Positions 12,191 through 23,929 of a stretch of 64,000 nucleotides of DNA are shown in pieces. The DNA comes from Leucoraja erinacea. Its lineage: Eukaryota. Each line of letters starts with the position of its first letter. Position 1 is the stretch's first letter. Both the position numbers and the translations under genes were made by a program. The DNA is taken from assembly GCF_028641065.1 (NCBI RefSeq), contig NC_073414.1, positions 558,001 to 622,000 on the forward strand, in the 5' to 3' direction. The notes below the pieces were generated by a model, which made no database searches, was not told the origin of the DNA, and saw only the letters and a program-made list of their open reading frames with translations.

Positions 12191-15014
12191 CACCTCCCTA
12201 ATTAGAAGCAATCTGATTGCGAATGGATCAGGTGACGGGTGATTTGTCACCTGCTTTCCAGTAATTAGGAAGTGAATCAAAAGTGGTTTAAAATATTTCT
12301 TCTGAGATTAATCCGAGCAGGTGGTGAAGTTTAGTGATCGAGTGAATTAGATTAAGAATGAACTGCCCTGAGTGCCAATATAAACGCCTTTGTTAATTCC
12401 CTCTGATCCACACTAGGGCCATTCACTTCACCTCATAATCTTTGGGAGTGGGAGGAAACCGGAACACCCGGAGGAAACCCACATGGTCACAGGTAGAACG
12501 TGTAAACTCCACACAGACAGCACCCGAGGTCAGTATAGAACGCGGGTCACTGGCGCTGAGAGACAACGGCTCTACCCGTTGCGCCACCGGGCTGACATTG
12601 TTTGTTATTGGAGCCAAAGATCCTATAGCAGAGGATATATAGCAGAGGGTGGCGTTTCGGGTCGAGGATATATAGCTCTGCTACAGGATCTTTGATTGGA
12701 GCTAGATTGTTCTCGCGTGATTCGCACAGGAATGAAATGGATTGGAGTTTATTTCCTGACTGCGTTTTGGGTCAATTTCAGCTCAGTTTATTGTCCCGTG
12801 TACCGAGGTACAGTGAAAAGCTTCTGTTGCGTGCTAACCAGTCAGCGGAAAGACAACACATGATTACAGTCGAGCCGTCCACAGTGTACAGATACATGAT
12901 AAGGGAATAACGTTTAGTGCAAGGTTAAGCCAGCAAAGTCCGATCAAGGATAGTCCGAGGGTCACCAAAGTTCAGCACTGCTCTCTGGTTGTGGTGGAAT
13001 AATTCAGTTGCCTGATAACAGCTGAGAAGAAACTGTCGCTGAATCTAGAGGTAGAAACATGGAAAATAGGTGCAGGAGTAGGCCATTCGGCCCTTCAAGC
13101 CAGCACCGCCATTCAATATGACCATATCCCTTGATTCCGTTCGCCTTGGGAGCTAAATCTCTCTCTTGAAAACATCCAGTGAATCGGCCTCCACTGCCCT
13201 ATGTGGCAGAGAATTCCACAGATCCACAACTCTCTGGGTGAAAAGGTTATTCCTCATTTTAGTTCTAAATGGCCGACCCCTTGTTCTTAAACTGCGACCC
13301 CCGGTTCTGGACTCTTTCCCCTCTTCCCCCCCCCCCCCCCCCAAACATCGGGAACATTTGACCGAGTGCAAGTGTTCGACGAATCTTCAGGTGAAGACAT
13401 TCTAAAGGTGGGTTTCAACCCGAAAGGTCGCCCATTCCTTCTACCCAGAGTTGCTGCCTGAGCCTCTGAGTTACTCCAGCACTGTGTATGTGTGGAAGGT
13501 TGTAAACAAGGTATGATGTGCCTTTTGTGCTGTGCTGTGCAGTTTAGTGTTGGAACCCGCTGCTTATGTGACTGCAGGGGGCTTTATGTGGAGCTGGAGC
13601 AGATAATGAGGTCTGAAAGTATTCATTAAATGCCTCCCATTTTGTAATTAACCAATAATAAATTCTTTAATTCCCTTCTTTCTGATGATTATTTTTTGCA
13701 TAAATTACAGTAATCTTGGCGTTTTGCAGAATGGAACCACAAAGATAGACAGCTCATTAAATATGTTTCAAACACTGCGTTTTACACACACACTGTATGT
13801 TTTTTTTAACGCGTTCAGTACACGGGATATTCCACCTAAAACCTGCTTTGTGGATTGTGGCTATTCCAGCATGGAGACAGGCCCTTCGGCCCAACCTGTC
13901 CATGCTGTCCTATCCCATCCAAGCTAATCCCATTTGCCCACGTTTGGCCCACACCTTTCCAACCCATGTACCTGTCCAAATGTATTTTAAATGTTTGGGG
14001 AACATGGATAGAAGGGTCCCGCCCCAAAACGTCACCTATCCATGTTCTCCAGCTGAGTTACTCCAGCACTTTGTGTCTATTTGTGTAAACTAGCACCTGC
14101 AGTTCCGCCGCATTCTACCTGCATCAACTACCTCCTCTGGCAGCCTGTTCCACACACCCACTCCCCTCTGTGTTGGAAGGTTCCTACCTTCACCACCCTC
14201 AGGCGGAAGGTTCTAGATGTCACCCAACCCCTGGGTGTCCACGACTCCACACACAAACACCTGTTGGTCACTCGCCCTCCATCCATCTGCCTTGATGAAG
14301 GTTTCCTACATTCTACCCCCCGCTTCAAACATGCCGCCCGCACAACCCAGTCTACAGCTACACGTTACAATCGATCCACACTCCTAAATCTCTGCTCCCA
14401 CTGCACCATTCCTTACTCTATCTCCACATACCGACAGGCCCGATTGTAATCATGTATTGTCTTTCTGCTGACTGGTTAGCACGCAACAAAAGCTTTTCAC
14501 TGCACCTCGGTACACGTGACGATAGACTAAAGTGATCTTTACACCCTGTTACACTGGCAGAATCGGCACAAGCTGGGCTGTGGAATATTCCACATGTTCC
14601 CTGGTCCAACACAGATTCACTGGAAGATGTCGAGATATTTAACACAAGTGGCAAACTTGGCAGCAAGTTGATTTAGTGTTGAACGCGCGGAACTGTCAGA
14701 ACATCAACACACCCCGCTACTGAATAAGAATGAAGCTGTGACAAGTCGGCATTGTGAATATCTGAGGGGGGTTTATTCTTTTGTCGGGGATGCGGGGGTG
14801 GCGAGGGAAGGTAGAAAAGTCACGCAGGCAGACTTGCGTCAACTGCAATTACAATCATTAACTCAGAGCTGTCCCTGCAAAGGCAGTGACACAGAGTGCT
14901 GGAGTAACTCAGCGGGTCAGGCAGCATCTGTGGAGAACATGGATAGGTGACGTTTCACAGAGTGCTGGAGTAACTCGGCGGGTCAGGCAGCATCTGTGGA
15001 GAACATGGATAGGT

Positions 15015-15042
15015 GACGTTTCGGGTCGAGACCCTTCTTCAG
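15015..15042 (-). ncRNA. Minimal hammerhead ribozyme core in a Penelope-linked repeat (representative copy)
   Basis: Reads CUGAAGA-A-GGGU(CUCG)ACCC-GAAAC-GUC. Similar copies at 3195-3222(+), 42501-42528(+), 40542(+), 53307(+), 22951(+) and 11649(+). Stem I is weak, so activity is unproven. Confidence 0.55.
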
Positions 15043-15186
15043 ACTGAGTGACGTTCCCCGTCTCTCACACCCCAGCACCGGGACACCGCACACGGATTTG
15101 TTCCTGCCAGGAGCGGCTCAAATGGCCGAGGAATCTCACAGCGAGAGGGGAGAGATTTAAGAGAGACATCGGAGGGTAGACTATTA

Positions 15187-15655
15187 CATAGAAACATCAA
15201 AAAATAGGTGCAGGAGTAGGCCATTCGGCCCCTCGAGCATGCACCGCCATTCAACATGATCATTCTCCCCATATCCCTTGATTCCATTAGCCTTGGCTCT
15301 CTCTTGAAAACATCCAGTGAATTGGTCTCCACTGCCTTCTGTGGCAGAGAATTTCACAGATTCACAACTCTCTGGGTGAAAAGGTTTTTCCTCATCTCAG
15401 TCCACATTCTTAAACTGTGACCTCCTGGTTCTGGACTCCCCCAACATGGGGAACATTTTTCCTGCATCTACCCTGTCCAATCCTCTAAGAATTTTATATG
15501 TTTCTGTAAGATTCACTCTCATCCTTCTAAATTCCAGTGAATACAAGCCCAGTCGACCCATTCTTTCATCATATGTCAGTCCCGCCATCCCGGGATTTAA
15601 CCTGGTAAACCTACGCGGCACTCCCTCAATAGCAATAATGTCCTTCCTCAAATCA
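15187..15655 (-). mobile_element. CR1-type LINE 3' fragment
   Basis: Encodes LRKDIIAIEGVPRRFTRLNPGMAGLTYDERMGRLGLYSLEFRRMR. Confidence 0.88.
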
Positions 15656-18327
15656 TAGGTTGAGTCATAGAGTATTACAGCATGAAAACAGGTCCTTCGG
15701 CCCAACTCAGTGGATATATTTAAGGCAGAGATAGATAGATTTTGATTAGTTCGGGTGTCAGAGCTTATGGGGAGACGGCAGGAGAATGGGGTTAGGAGGG
15801 AGAGATAGATCAGCCATGATTGAATGGCGGGGTAGAATCATTGGGCCGAATGGCCTCATTCTAATCCTATCCCTTATGACCGTATGAACTTGCCCACCCC
15901 GGCCACTATGTCCCATCTACATTAGTCCCACCTGACTGCGTTTAGTCCATTTCCCTCTCACCCTGTGTTATCCGTGTACCTGTCTAATTGTTTCTGAAAC
16001 ATTGCGATAATATCTGCCTTAACTGCCTCCTCCAGCAGCTCGTTCCATATACATATCACCCTTTGCGTGAAAAAGTCGCCCCTCAGATTCTTATTAAATA
16101 TTTCCCCCCTCACCTTAATCCTGTGATATATCTATAACGAGATGCCAGCGGAAGCTATAGCAGATGTAATTAAGACAATTGGACAGATATATAGATAGAC
16201 GGGGTTTAGAGGGATATGGGCCACTGCAGGCAAACGAGACTAGCCCAGTATACCAGATTGGGCAGCATGGATAAGGTGGGCCGAAGGGCCTGTGTCTGTG
16301 ATGTACGGCTCTGTAAATCGATCCATAATTATTTTCTGGTTGATGCTCCTCCGATCACCCTCGTTGCATCTTCCCTGAGATTCACAGCCCCAGATTATTC
16401 CATTCCTTGCTGGTGTTAACGCACTCACAGAATTATATCTTATACACTAATCCTTGACATAGTCATCAGTTGATTTACAAAAGGAATTTGTTCCTGAGAA
16501 ACATGAAGCGAAAATTCATAAATCAGCATCAGGGTGAGATGTGTTTCCAGCAACTTTGACACAGTTTGTCCTTGTGTAGAGAGCAGAGGGACAATCTTTG
16601 TCACTAAATCAGCTTAGTAAATGAAGACAGGGGCCCAAGGTGGCAGCACTGGTGTTGATTCTATCTTTACCCTTATCAGTGCCCCCAAACTGTCAGTTAA
16701 TAGTGAGCGGTGGGAGAGGGAAAGGCAGAGGGAGAGGCAGAGGCAGAGGGAAGGAGAAAGATGGAGAGACAGACACAGAGAGAGAGAGAGAGAAAGTGTG
16801 AGAGAATAGATGTGCAGAGTCACAGATTAACCGAGCAAACTGCAAACTGCTGGAGGGACTCAGTGGGTCAGGCAGCATCGCTGGAGACAAAGCAGGTCTA
16901 TTTAAACAGTTGTCCAATGATCTGAAGAAGAAAGGTCTCGACCCGAAACCTCACCCATTCTGTTTCTCCACAGATGCTGCCTGACCCGCGGAGTTACTCC
17001 AGCATTTTGTGTCTGTTACATTAAACAGTTTATTGTAATAGGAAAGAGTCTGGTTAAACCACACTTAATATAAGGAGTTGATTTTAAAAGTGTCTTCATC
17101 AATCACTGTCTCCACAGATCCTCGGCGCAGTAACTGCATTGAAACGGGGGCAATAAATGCGCATCGTGCAGTCCTGACTGTGCGGAGTGAGGGAGGGAGC
17201 GGCGAGTGAGGGAGGGGCGAGTGAGTGAGGGAGGGAGGGGCGAGTGAGGGAGGGAGGTGTCGGGGCAGAGGAAACTGAGTTATAACAGCCCTGTCTATTG
17301 CTGCTTCATCTTTAATCTCCCTGACCCCCCCTCAGGGTTCACTCGCTATGTTGGTTCCACACTCTCCCTCCAGGGACCACGATGATATATCAGTCTGGGG
17401 TTAATTTGTGATTTATGAACGGAGGCTGCTGTAGTTTTGATGTTTTGCATTCAGCATGGTTGTTCCTGTGGCCAGTTTAACGGGTTTATCAAAGGCTGTG
17501 GCTCCAGATCTCATTGTACACACTGTATCCACTCACTACAATAGTCAGACTCTGAAACTGAAATAAGATGGTGTCACCAACATGGGTTAACCTCTGACGA
17601 GCATTTGACAGCACTGGGCCTGTACTCACTGGAGTTTACATAGAAACATAGAAAATAGGTGCAGGAGTTGGCCATTCGCCTCTTCGAGCCTGCACCGCCA
17701 TTCAATATGATCATGGCTGATCACCCAGAATCAGTACCCCGTTCCTGCTTTCCCCCCATATCCCTTGATTCCGTTAGCCCTAAGACCTAAATCTAACTCT
17801 CTCTTGAAAACATCCCGAGAATTGGCCTCCACTGCCTTCTGTGGCAGAGAATTCCTATGACCTTACCAGCAACACTGTCCACGCTGCTTATGAAGCTGGA
17901 GGGGGAGATTTATAGATGGAGCCGGTTTCTCCAAGGCAGTGTCGCTGAGATTCTGAGACCCGATGTATCAGATGCCCAATGGAGATCATACGGTCCCTGT
18001 ACTGGTGTTGGTTCTGGTTCTGGTTCAGCAACTCGAACGCCCAGGAACGATGTTGATTACAGAGAGAGGTGGTCACTGACCGGTCCATCACAGGTACTGA
18101 CCTCCCACCACCACCACCCCCCTCCCCCCCCCCCCCCCCCCCCATCGAAGGAGGCGTAGCCTGAACAAGGCAGCCAGCATCACCAGAGACCCAGACCACC
18201 CTGACCACACTCTCATCTCGCTGCTACCATCGGGAAGAGGACATGTTGGTCGGCGTGGGCAAGTTGGGCCTCTGACACACGTCAGCGTGTGTGTGTCAGT
18301 GTGTAACGTGGCGTGTTGTTGTTGTCC

Positions 18328-18692
18328 ATGTGTGTGTACCAGGTGTGTACCGTGTGTATCAGGTGTGTACAGGTGTGTACCGTGTGTATCAGGTGTGTAC
18401 AGGTGTGTACAGGGTGTACCAGGGGGTACATGTGTGTAAAGTGTGTACCAGATGTGTACAGTGTGTACAGGTGTGTACCAGATGTGTACAGTGTGTACCA
18501 GATGTGTACCAGTGTGTACAGGTGTGTACCAGGTGTGTACCAGGTGTGTACAGTGTGTATCAGGTGTGTACCAGTGTGTACAGGTGTGTACAGTGTGTAC
18601 CAGGTGTGTACAGTGTGTGTACCAGGTGTGTACCAGGTGTGTACCAGGTGTGTACAGTGTGTACCAGGTGTGTACCAGTGTGTACAGGTGTA
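18328..18692. repeat. Minisatellite (GTGTGTACCAG/GTGTGTACAG)n
   Basis: Visible tandem repeat of 9-11 bp units; it produces spurious ORFs in several frames. Confidence 0.95.
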
Positions 18693-19390
18693 GAGAGAGC
18701 GCTGTGAAGTGGTGTGGGCCCACACTGCCACCCAGTGGCAGCGACAGCAACAGCAACGGGTCGGGGACTGGACACAGTCGGGGAATTTACTCGTTTAGTT
18801 TAGAGATACAGCACGAAAACAGGCCCTTCGGCCCATCCAGACCATGCTGACCATCCGTTGACACCAGTTCTATGTTATCCCACATTCTCATCCACGCCCT
18901 ACACACTAGGGGTAGTTTACAAGGCGCCGATTAACCTACAAACCCGCTCGTCTTTGTGATGTGGGAGGAAACTGGAGCACATAGTTCAGTATTTTTAAGG
19001 CGGAGATTGTCACAGAAGGTAGTTGAGGCCACAGTTCATTGGCTATATTTAAGAGGCAGTTAGATGTGGCCCTTGTGGCTAAAGGGATCAGGGGGTATGG
19101 AGAGAAGGCAGGGATGGGATACTGAGTTGGATGATCAGCCATGATCATATTGAATGGCGAATGGTGCAGGCTCGAAGGGCCGAATGGCCTACTCCTGCAC
19201 CTATTGTCTATGTTTCTATGTCGGTGAATGGGGTTAGGAGGGAGAGATAGATCAGCCTTGATAGAATGGCGGAGAGTTTCAATCTGGGCCGAATGTCCTA
19301 ATTCTGTTCTTAGAACTTGTGAATTTAGGAACTTATTCTCCCAGTGGAGAGAGAACAACGCGACACATCACTAAAGCAATGCGGGTGACA

Positions 19391-19396
19391 TTTATT
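19391..19396 (-). terminator. GMFG: Probable GMFG polyadenylation signal AATAAA
   Basis: AATAAA on the minus strand about 125 nt past the stop codon. Confidence 0.65.
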
Positions 19397-19518
19397 TATG
19401 CGGTATAAAACTCCAGCCTTGTGGAACAACGGCATTAGTCTGCCCTGGTTGGATGAAGCTCAGCGTGGGGATGTATTGTCGTGGCCGCGCTGTGGTCCCG
19501 GCCCGGCCCGGCCCGGCC

Positions 19519-19590
19519 TCAGCGGAAGAAGGCGAGTTTCTCACTCAGCCAGGACTCGGTCAGCTCCTCCGTGCTCCGAATCTCAAACAC
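19519..19590 (-). CDS. GMFG: GMFG coding exon 7 (72 nt including TGA)
   Basis: Acceptor GAAGCAG|, translation VFEIRSTEELTESWLSEKLAFFR*. Total CDS is 429 nt (142 aa). Residues SD, CE, KVDK, KYVH and terminal FFR favour gamma over beta, as does adjacency to SAMD4B. Confidence 0.95.
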   Translation of the reverse strand: MFEIRSTEELTESWLSEKLAFFR

Positions 19591-19699
19591 CTGCTTCCGG
19601 GTAACGGGAGACAGACAGAGTCAGTGAGCGCTGCCCCCCCCCCCCCCCCCCCCACCTCACACCCCCTCACGTCACGGTAAACACTGTGCATAGTGCGGC

Positions 19700-19975
19700 A
19701 TGATGGCACAGTGGTGTGGTGGTACACTGGCACACTGGCACACTGGCACAGAGACACAGTGGCACACTGGCACACTGGCACAGAGACACAGTGGTACACT
19801 GGCACACCGGCACACTGGTACACATGGCACAATGGCACACTGGCACAGAGACACAGTGGCACACTGGCACACTGGCACACTGGCACAGAGACACAGTGGT
19901 ACAGTGGTACACTGGCACACTGGCACAGAGACACAGTGACACTGGCACACTGGCACAGAGACACAGTGGCACTTC
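19700..19975. repeat. Minisatellite (TGGCACAC)n / (TGGCACAGAGACACAG)n in GMFG intron 6
   Basis: Visible tandem repeat. Confidence 0.95.
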
Positions 19976-20528
19976 TGTCACAGTCACAGTGGCGGGCAGT
20001 GTGCAGTCAGGGGCACGTGTGGAAACAAGCAGCGGCAGATGCTGCTTTACAAACAAGTGCTGGAGTAACTCAGCGGGTCAGGCAGCATCTGTGGAGAACG
20101 TGGATAGGTGATGTTTTGGGCCAGAACCCTTCTTCAGAGAATCAGGACCTTCAGCCCAACTGGTCCATGTCAACCAAGATGCCCCATGCAAGCTGGTCTC
20201 AGTTGTCCACACTTGCCCGGTGGGGGGGGGGTTAGATTTGGGGGGTTGGTGTTGGAATGGTTGGGGGGGGATAGAATTGTTGATGGGGAGAGACTCGATG
20301 GGTAGGTTGGGCTTGTTGTGATATCGGGTGAGGCTGGGAGTATCAGGAGGGATAAGATTAGTTGGGTGGTTTTGGCCTGGGGTTGTTCTAGAGTGTGACA
20401 GGTAGAAGGGTCCCAATCTGAAACGTCACCCATCCCATCTCTCCAGAGATGCTGCCTGTCCCGCTGAGTCACTCCAGCATTTTGTGTCGATCTTCGAGGT
20501 AAAAGAAGAGATGAGAACAAAGACCGAC

Positions 20529-20602
20529 CTTGGTGAGTTCGGCCGCTTGGACCAGGTGGTTCTTGCTGCCTGCGTACATCACCTGCTGCTGGGGGTGGCA
20601 AC
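20529..20602 (-). CDS. GMFG: GMFG coding exon 6 (74 nt)
   Basis: Acceptor GTTTACAG|, translation [25 protein letters not shown], donor |GTCGGT. Contains the ADF-H motif MYAGSK. Confidence 0.96.
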
Positions 20603-21564
20603 CTGTAAACCAGGGTCAGGGCACGTTAGTGAGTGTTGTGGATGCTGCACAGACACAAAGCCCACAGACACCGCCCGTGTAAATGTTGGGGTCACATCAA
20701 CACCCCGATCTCTCTGTCCATCCACCCGCCCACCTCCCGAAATAATCTCCAGTTTAGTTTAGAGATACAGTGTGGAAACAGGCCCTTCGGCCCATCAGGT
20801 CCACGCTGTCCAGCGATCCCCGCACTTTAACACTATTCCGACACACACTGGCACAATTTACAATTATACCAAAACTAGTTAACCTACCTGGACATTTATA
20901 TTAGTGTGGGAGGGAACCAGAGCACCTGGAGAAAACCCACGCAGTTCACAGTTGGGACGTACAAACTCCACACAGACAGTACCAGTCAGGATGGAACCCG
21001 GGTCTCTGATGCTGTGAGGCAGCAACTCTACTGCTGCATTACCATGAGACATATCTCCCTCACCCAGTCACAAACCCCTTCTCCCCACTCCCTAACCCTC
21101 CTCCCCACCCCCCAACCCTCCTCACCTCACTCCCCCTTCTCCCCACACACCCCCTCCTGTTCAAAAGTTGTGATTGTATCTGCTTCTCTAACCTCCTGCT
21201 GCAGCTCGTTCCACATACGGACCACCCTGAGATCCCTCTTAAAACTCTCCGCTCTCACCATAAACCTACATCCTCTAGTTTTAGAATCCTCTAGCCTGGG
21301 AGAAAGATAAGATAAATGTCGGAGAGGAGATGACGGTCTCAGCGTTCATCAGTTCTAAGGACAAGAATTAGGCCATTCGGCCCATCAAGCCTAATCCGCC
21401 ATTCTATCTCTCCCTCCTAACCCCATTCTCCTGCCTTCTCCCCATAATCCCTGACACACATAATAATAAAAAATCTGCCAATCTCTGCATTAAAAATACC
21501 CGTTGACTTGGCCAGGGCTGTCTGTGGATGTAGTTAGTGTTGGGGAGGGGGCAGTGAGACTTAC

Positions 21565-21647
21565 CCTGGGGGCTGCTGAAGATGAGACACATGGGGTAAG
21601 ATACCCTGTTGTCATGGTGTACGTATTTACAGCTGTAAACTATAAAT
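21565..21647 (-). CDS. GMFG: GMFG coding exon 5 (83 nt)
   Basis: Translation [27 protein letters not shown](G), donor |GTAAGT. Partly visible in ORF 21404..21658. Confidence 0.96.
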
Positions 21648-22033
21648 CTGAGCAGCAATTAAGGGGCAGAAACATATAAAACTTTCTGAAACAGGAAGGA
21701 ATAATAAACAATAATTGGGTGAAAAATGATTGGGAGTAATCAATAAATGTAATTAACAATGATATAACAGCCAATCAATAAGGGAGAGCGTTTAGCGAGA
21801 GGGAAGAGTTCATGAACAAGACCAATAATCATTCATCGATCTCGTCATAAAATATAATTTGCCTTTTTACAACAATTTTCACATTTTCAAAAGGCTTCAA
21901 CACTAAATAATTGAGCTGGAATTACCGCGATTGTTTTACAGACAGAGGATTCATTTTCACTGAAACTCGAGATAAAAAAAGTCAATTAGTTTAGTTTGTT
22001 GGTGAGCTGCTCTTTGGGAAGATGCAGCACCTG

Positions 22034-22067
<34 letters not shown>

Positions 22068-23326
22068 GGGGGTGAGGGTGGGGGTGAGGGGGGGTGAGGG
22101 TGAGGGGTGAGGGTGGGGGTGAGGGGTGAGGGGGGGGGGGGTGAGGGGGGGTGAGAGTGGGGGTGAGGGTGGGGGGGGGGTGGGGGTGGGGGTGGGGGTG
22201 TGGGTTAGGGGGGTGGGGGTGGGGGTGAGGGTGGGGGTGGGGGTGTGGGTGAGGGTGGGGGTGGTGGTGAGGGTGGGGGGGGGGGGGTGAGAGTGGGGGT
22301 GAGAGTGGGGGTGGGAGTGAGGGTGGGGGTGAGGGGGAGGGGGTGAGGGTGAGGGGTGGGGGTGGGGGTAGGGGTAGGGGTGAGGGTAGGGGTAGGGGGT
22401 GGGGTGGGGGTGGGGGTGAGGGTGGGGGTGAGAGTGGGGGTGGGGGTGAGGGTGGGGGTGGGGGTGGGGTGGGGTGGGGGGGAGGGTGAGGGTGGGGGGG
22501 GGGTGGGTGGGGGGTGGGGTGGGGTGGGGGTGAGGGTGTGAGGTGAAGGTGAGAGTGAAGGTGAGGGTGAGGGTGAAGGAGAGGGTGGGGGTGAGAGTGA
22601 GGGTGGGGGTGGGGTGGGGGTGGGGGTGAGGGTGAGGGAGAGAGTGGGGGTGAGAGTGAGGGAGAGAGTAGGGGTGGGGGTGAGGGGTGAGGGGTGAGGG
22701 GTGGTGAGAGTGAGTGAGAGTGGGGGAGAGAGTGGGGGTGGGGGGAGGGGTGGGGGTGAGGGTGGGGGTGAGAGTGAGAGTGGGGGTGAGAGTGGGGGTG
22801 AGGGACGAAATGAAGCTCCCTACTCACCTGCCCGGCACTGTCACAGCAGGTAGGACATTGGTCGGAGCACCTGCCAGCCAACGTTCCCAGCTCCCAGTCC
22901 TCACAAAGTTCCCTTCTACTTCCCATTCCTGCAACAATATCCCTTACGGTCTGAAGAAGGATCTTGACCCGAAACGTCACCCATTTCTTCTCTCCAGAGA
23001 TTCTGCTTGTCCCGCTGAGTTACTCCAGCATTTTGTACCAACCTCCCTTAGGACAGAATGTGTAGAGAGGAACTGCAGATGCAGGTTTAAATGGAAGATA
23101 GACACAAAAAGCTGGAGTAACTCAGCGGGACAGGCAGCATCTCTGGAGAGAAGGAATGGGTGATGAGACCCTTCTTCAGATTGAGAATCAGGGGAATGGG
23201 ACAACAGATGTGTCGCAAGGAACTGCAGATTCTGGTTGAAACCAATGATAGACACAAATATCAGGTGTATATCATAGACTTGATGGGCCAAATGGCCTAA
23301 TTATGCTCCTATCACATAAAGGATAT
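21648..23326 (-). other. GMFG: GMFG intron 4: U12-type (minor spliceosome) intron with AT-AG termini, 1679 nt
   Basis: 5' end ATATCCTTT is the U12 donor consensus. 3' end TCTGCCCCTTAATTGCTGCTCAG has a U12-like branch site (CCTTAAT) about 12 nt from the AG and no polypyrimidine tract. This junction restores PERQPR-FIVYS in frame. Confidence 0.9.
22036..22805. repeat. G-rich hexamer array (GGGGGT/GAGGGT/GAGAGT)n inside GMFG intron 4
   Basis: About 770 bp with almost no C on the plus strand. Confidence 0.95.
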
Positions 23327-23376
23327 CGAGGCTGCCTCTCTGGGAGTTCGTTTCTGAGTGAGTCAAGAGAAATGTC
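23327..23376 (-). CDS. GMFG: GMFG coding exon 4 (50 nt)
   Basis: Acceptor TTTCCTTTCAG|, translation DISLDSLRNELPERQP(R), followed by the U12-type donor |ATATCCTTT. ELPERQPR is a GMF signature. Confidence 0.95.
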
Positions 23377-23929
23377 CTGAAAGGAAAGCACATTGGTTAA
23401 AAACGATCGACACTGTGAAGACAGAGAATAGAGATGCGTGTGTTGGAAGGAACTGCAGATGCTGGTTTAAGACACAACATGCTGGAGTAACTCAGTGGGA
23501 CAGGCAGCATCTCTGGAGAGAAGGAATGGGTGACCTCTCATGTCGAGATGCCTGCTACCTTGTGCTGGACCCGTAAACAGTAAACACAGTAATAACAATA
23601 TTTAATAGATACTTGGACAGGTACATGGATAGGAAAGTTGTAAAGGGATATGGGCCCAACACAGGCAAGTGGGGCTGGCTATGATGGAGCATTTTGGTTG
23701 GCATGGGTGAGTTGGGATAGGACTTGGTTTTATCTTTAATGGAATTTATCTTGCACTAAATGTTGTACCTTGTATCTTCCATCTGTTAATTGTGGACAGC
23801 TTGATAATAATCATGTGTAGGAAGGAACTGCAGATGTTGGTTTAAACCGAAGACAGGCACAAAATGCTGGAGTAACTCAGCGGGACAGGCAGCATCTATG
23901 GAGAACATGGATAGATGATGCTGGGGACA

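Noticed and set aside
18088-20235. Cys/His/Thr-rich ORFs resembling metallothionein or keratin-associated proteins
   Set aside because: They are open in several frames on both strands because of minisatellites.
22828-22928. Possible 101-nt cassette exon (acceptor TTGTTGCAG, donor CAG|GTGAGT, minus strand) inside GMFG intron 4
   Set aside because: It has no GMF similarity, would shift the frame, and its U2 sites are incompatible with the flanking U12 sites. It is kept only as a possible cryptic or poison exon.
21991-22980. 329-aa Pro/His-rich ORF
   Set aside because: It is a translation of the hexamer repeat inside GMFG intron 4, with no domain or splice support.
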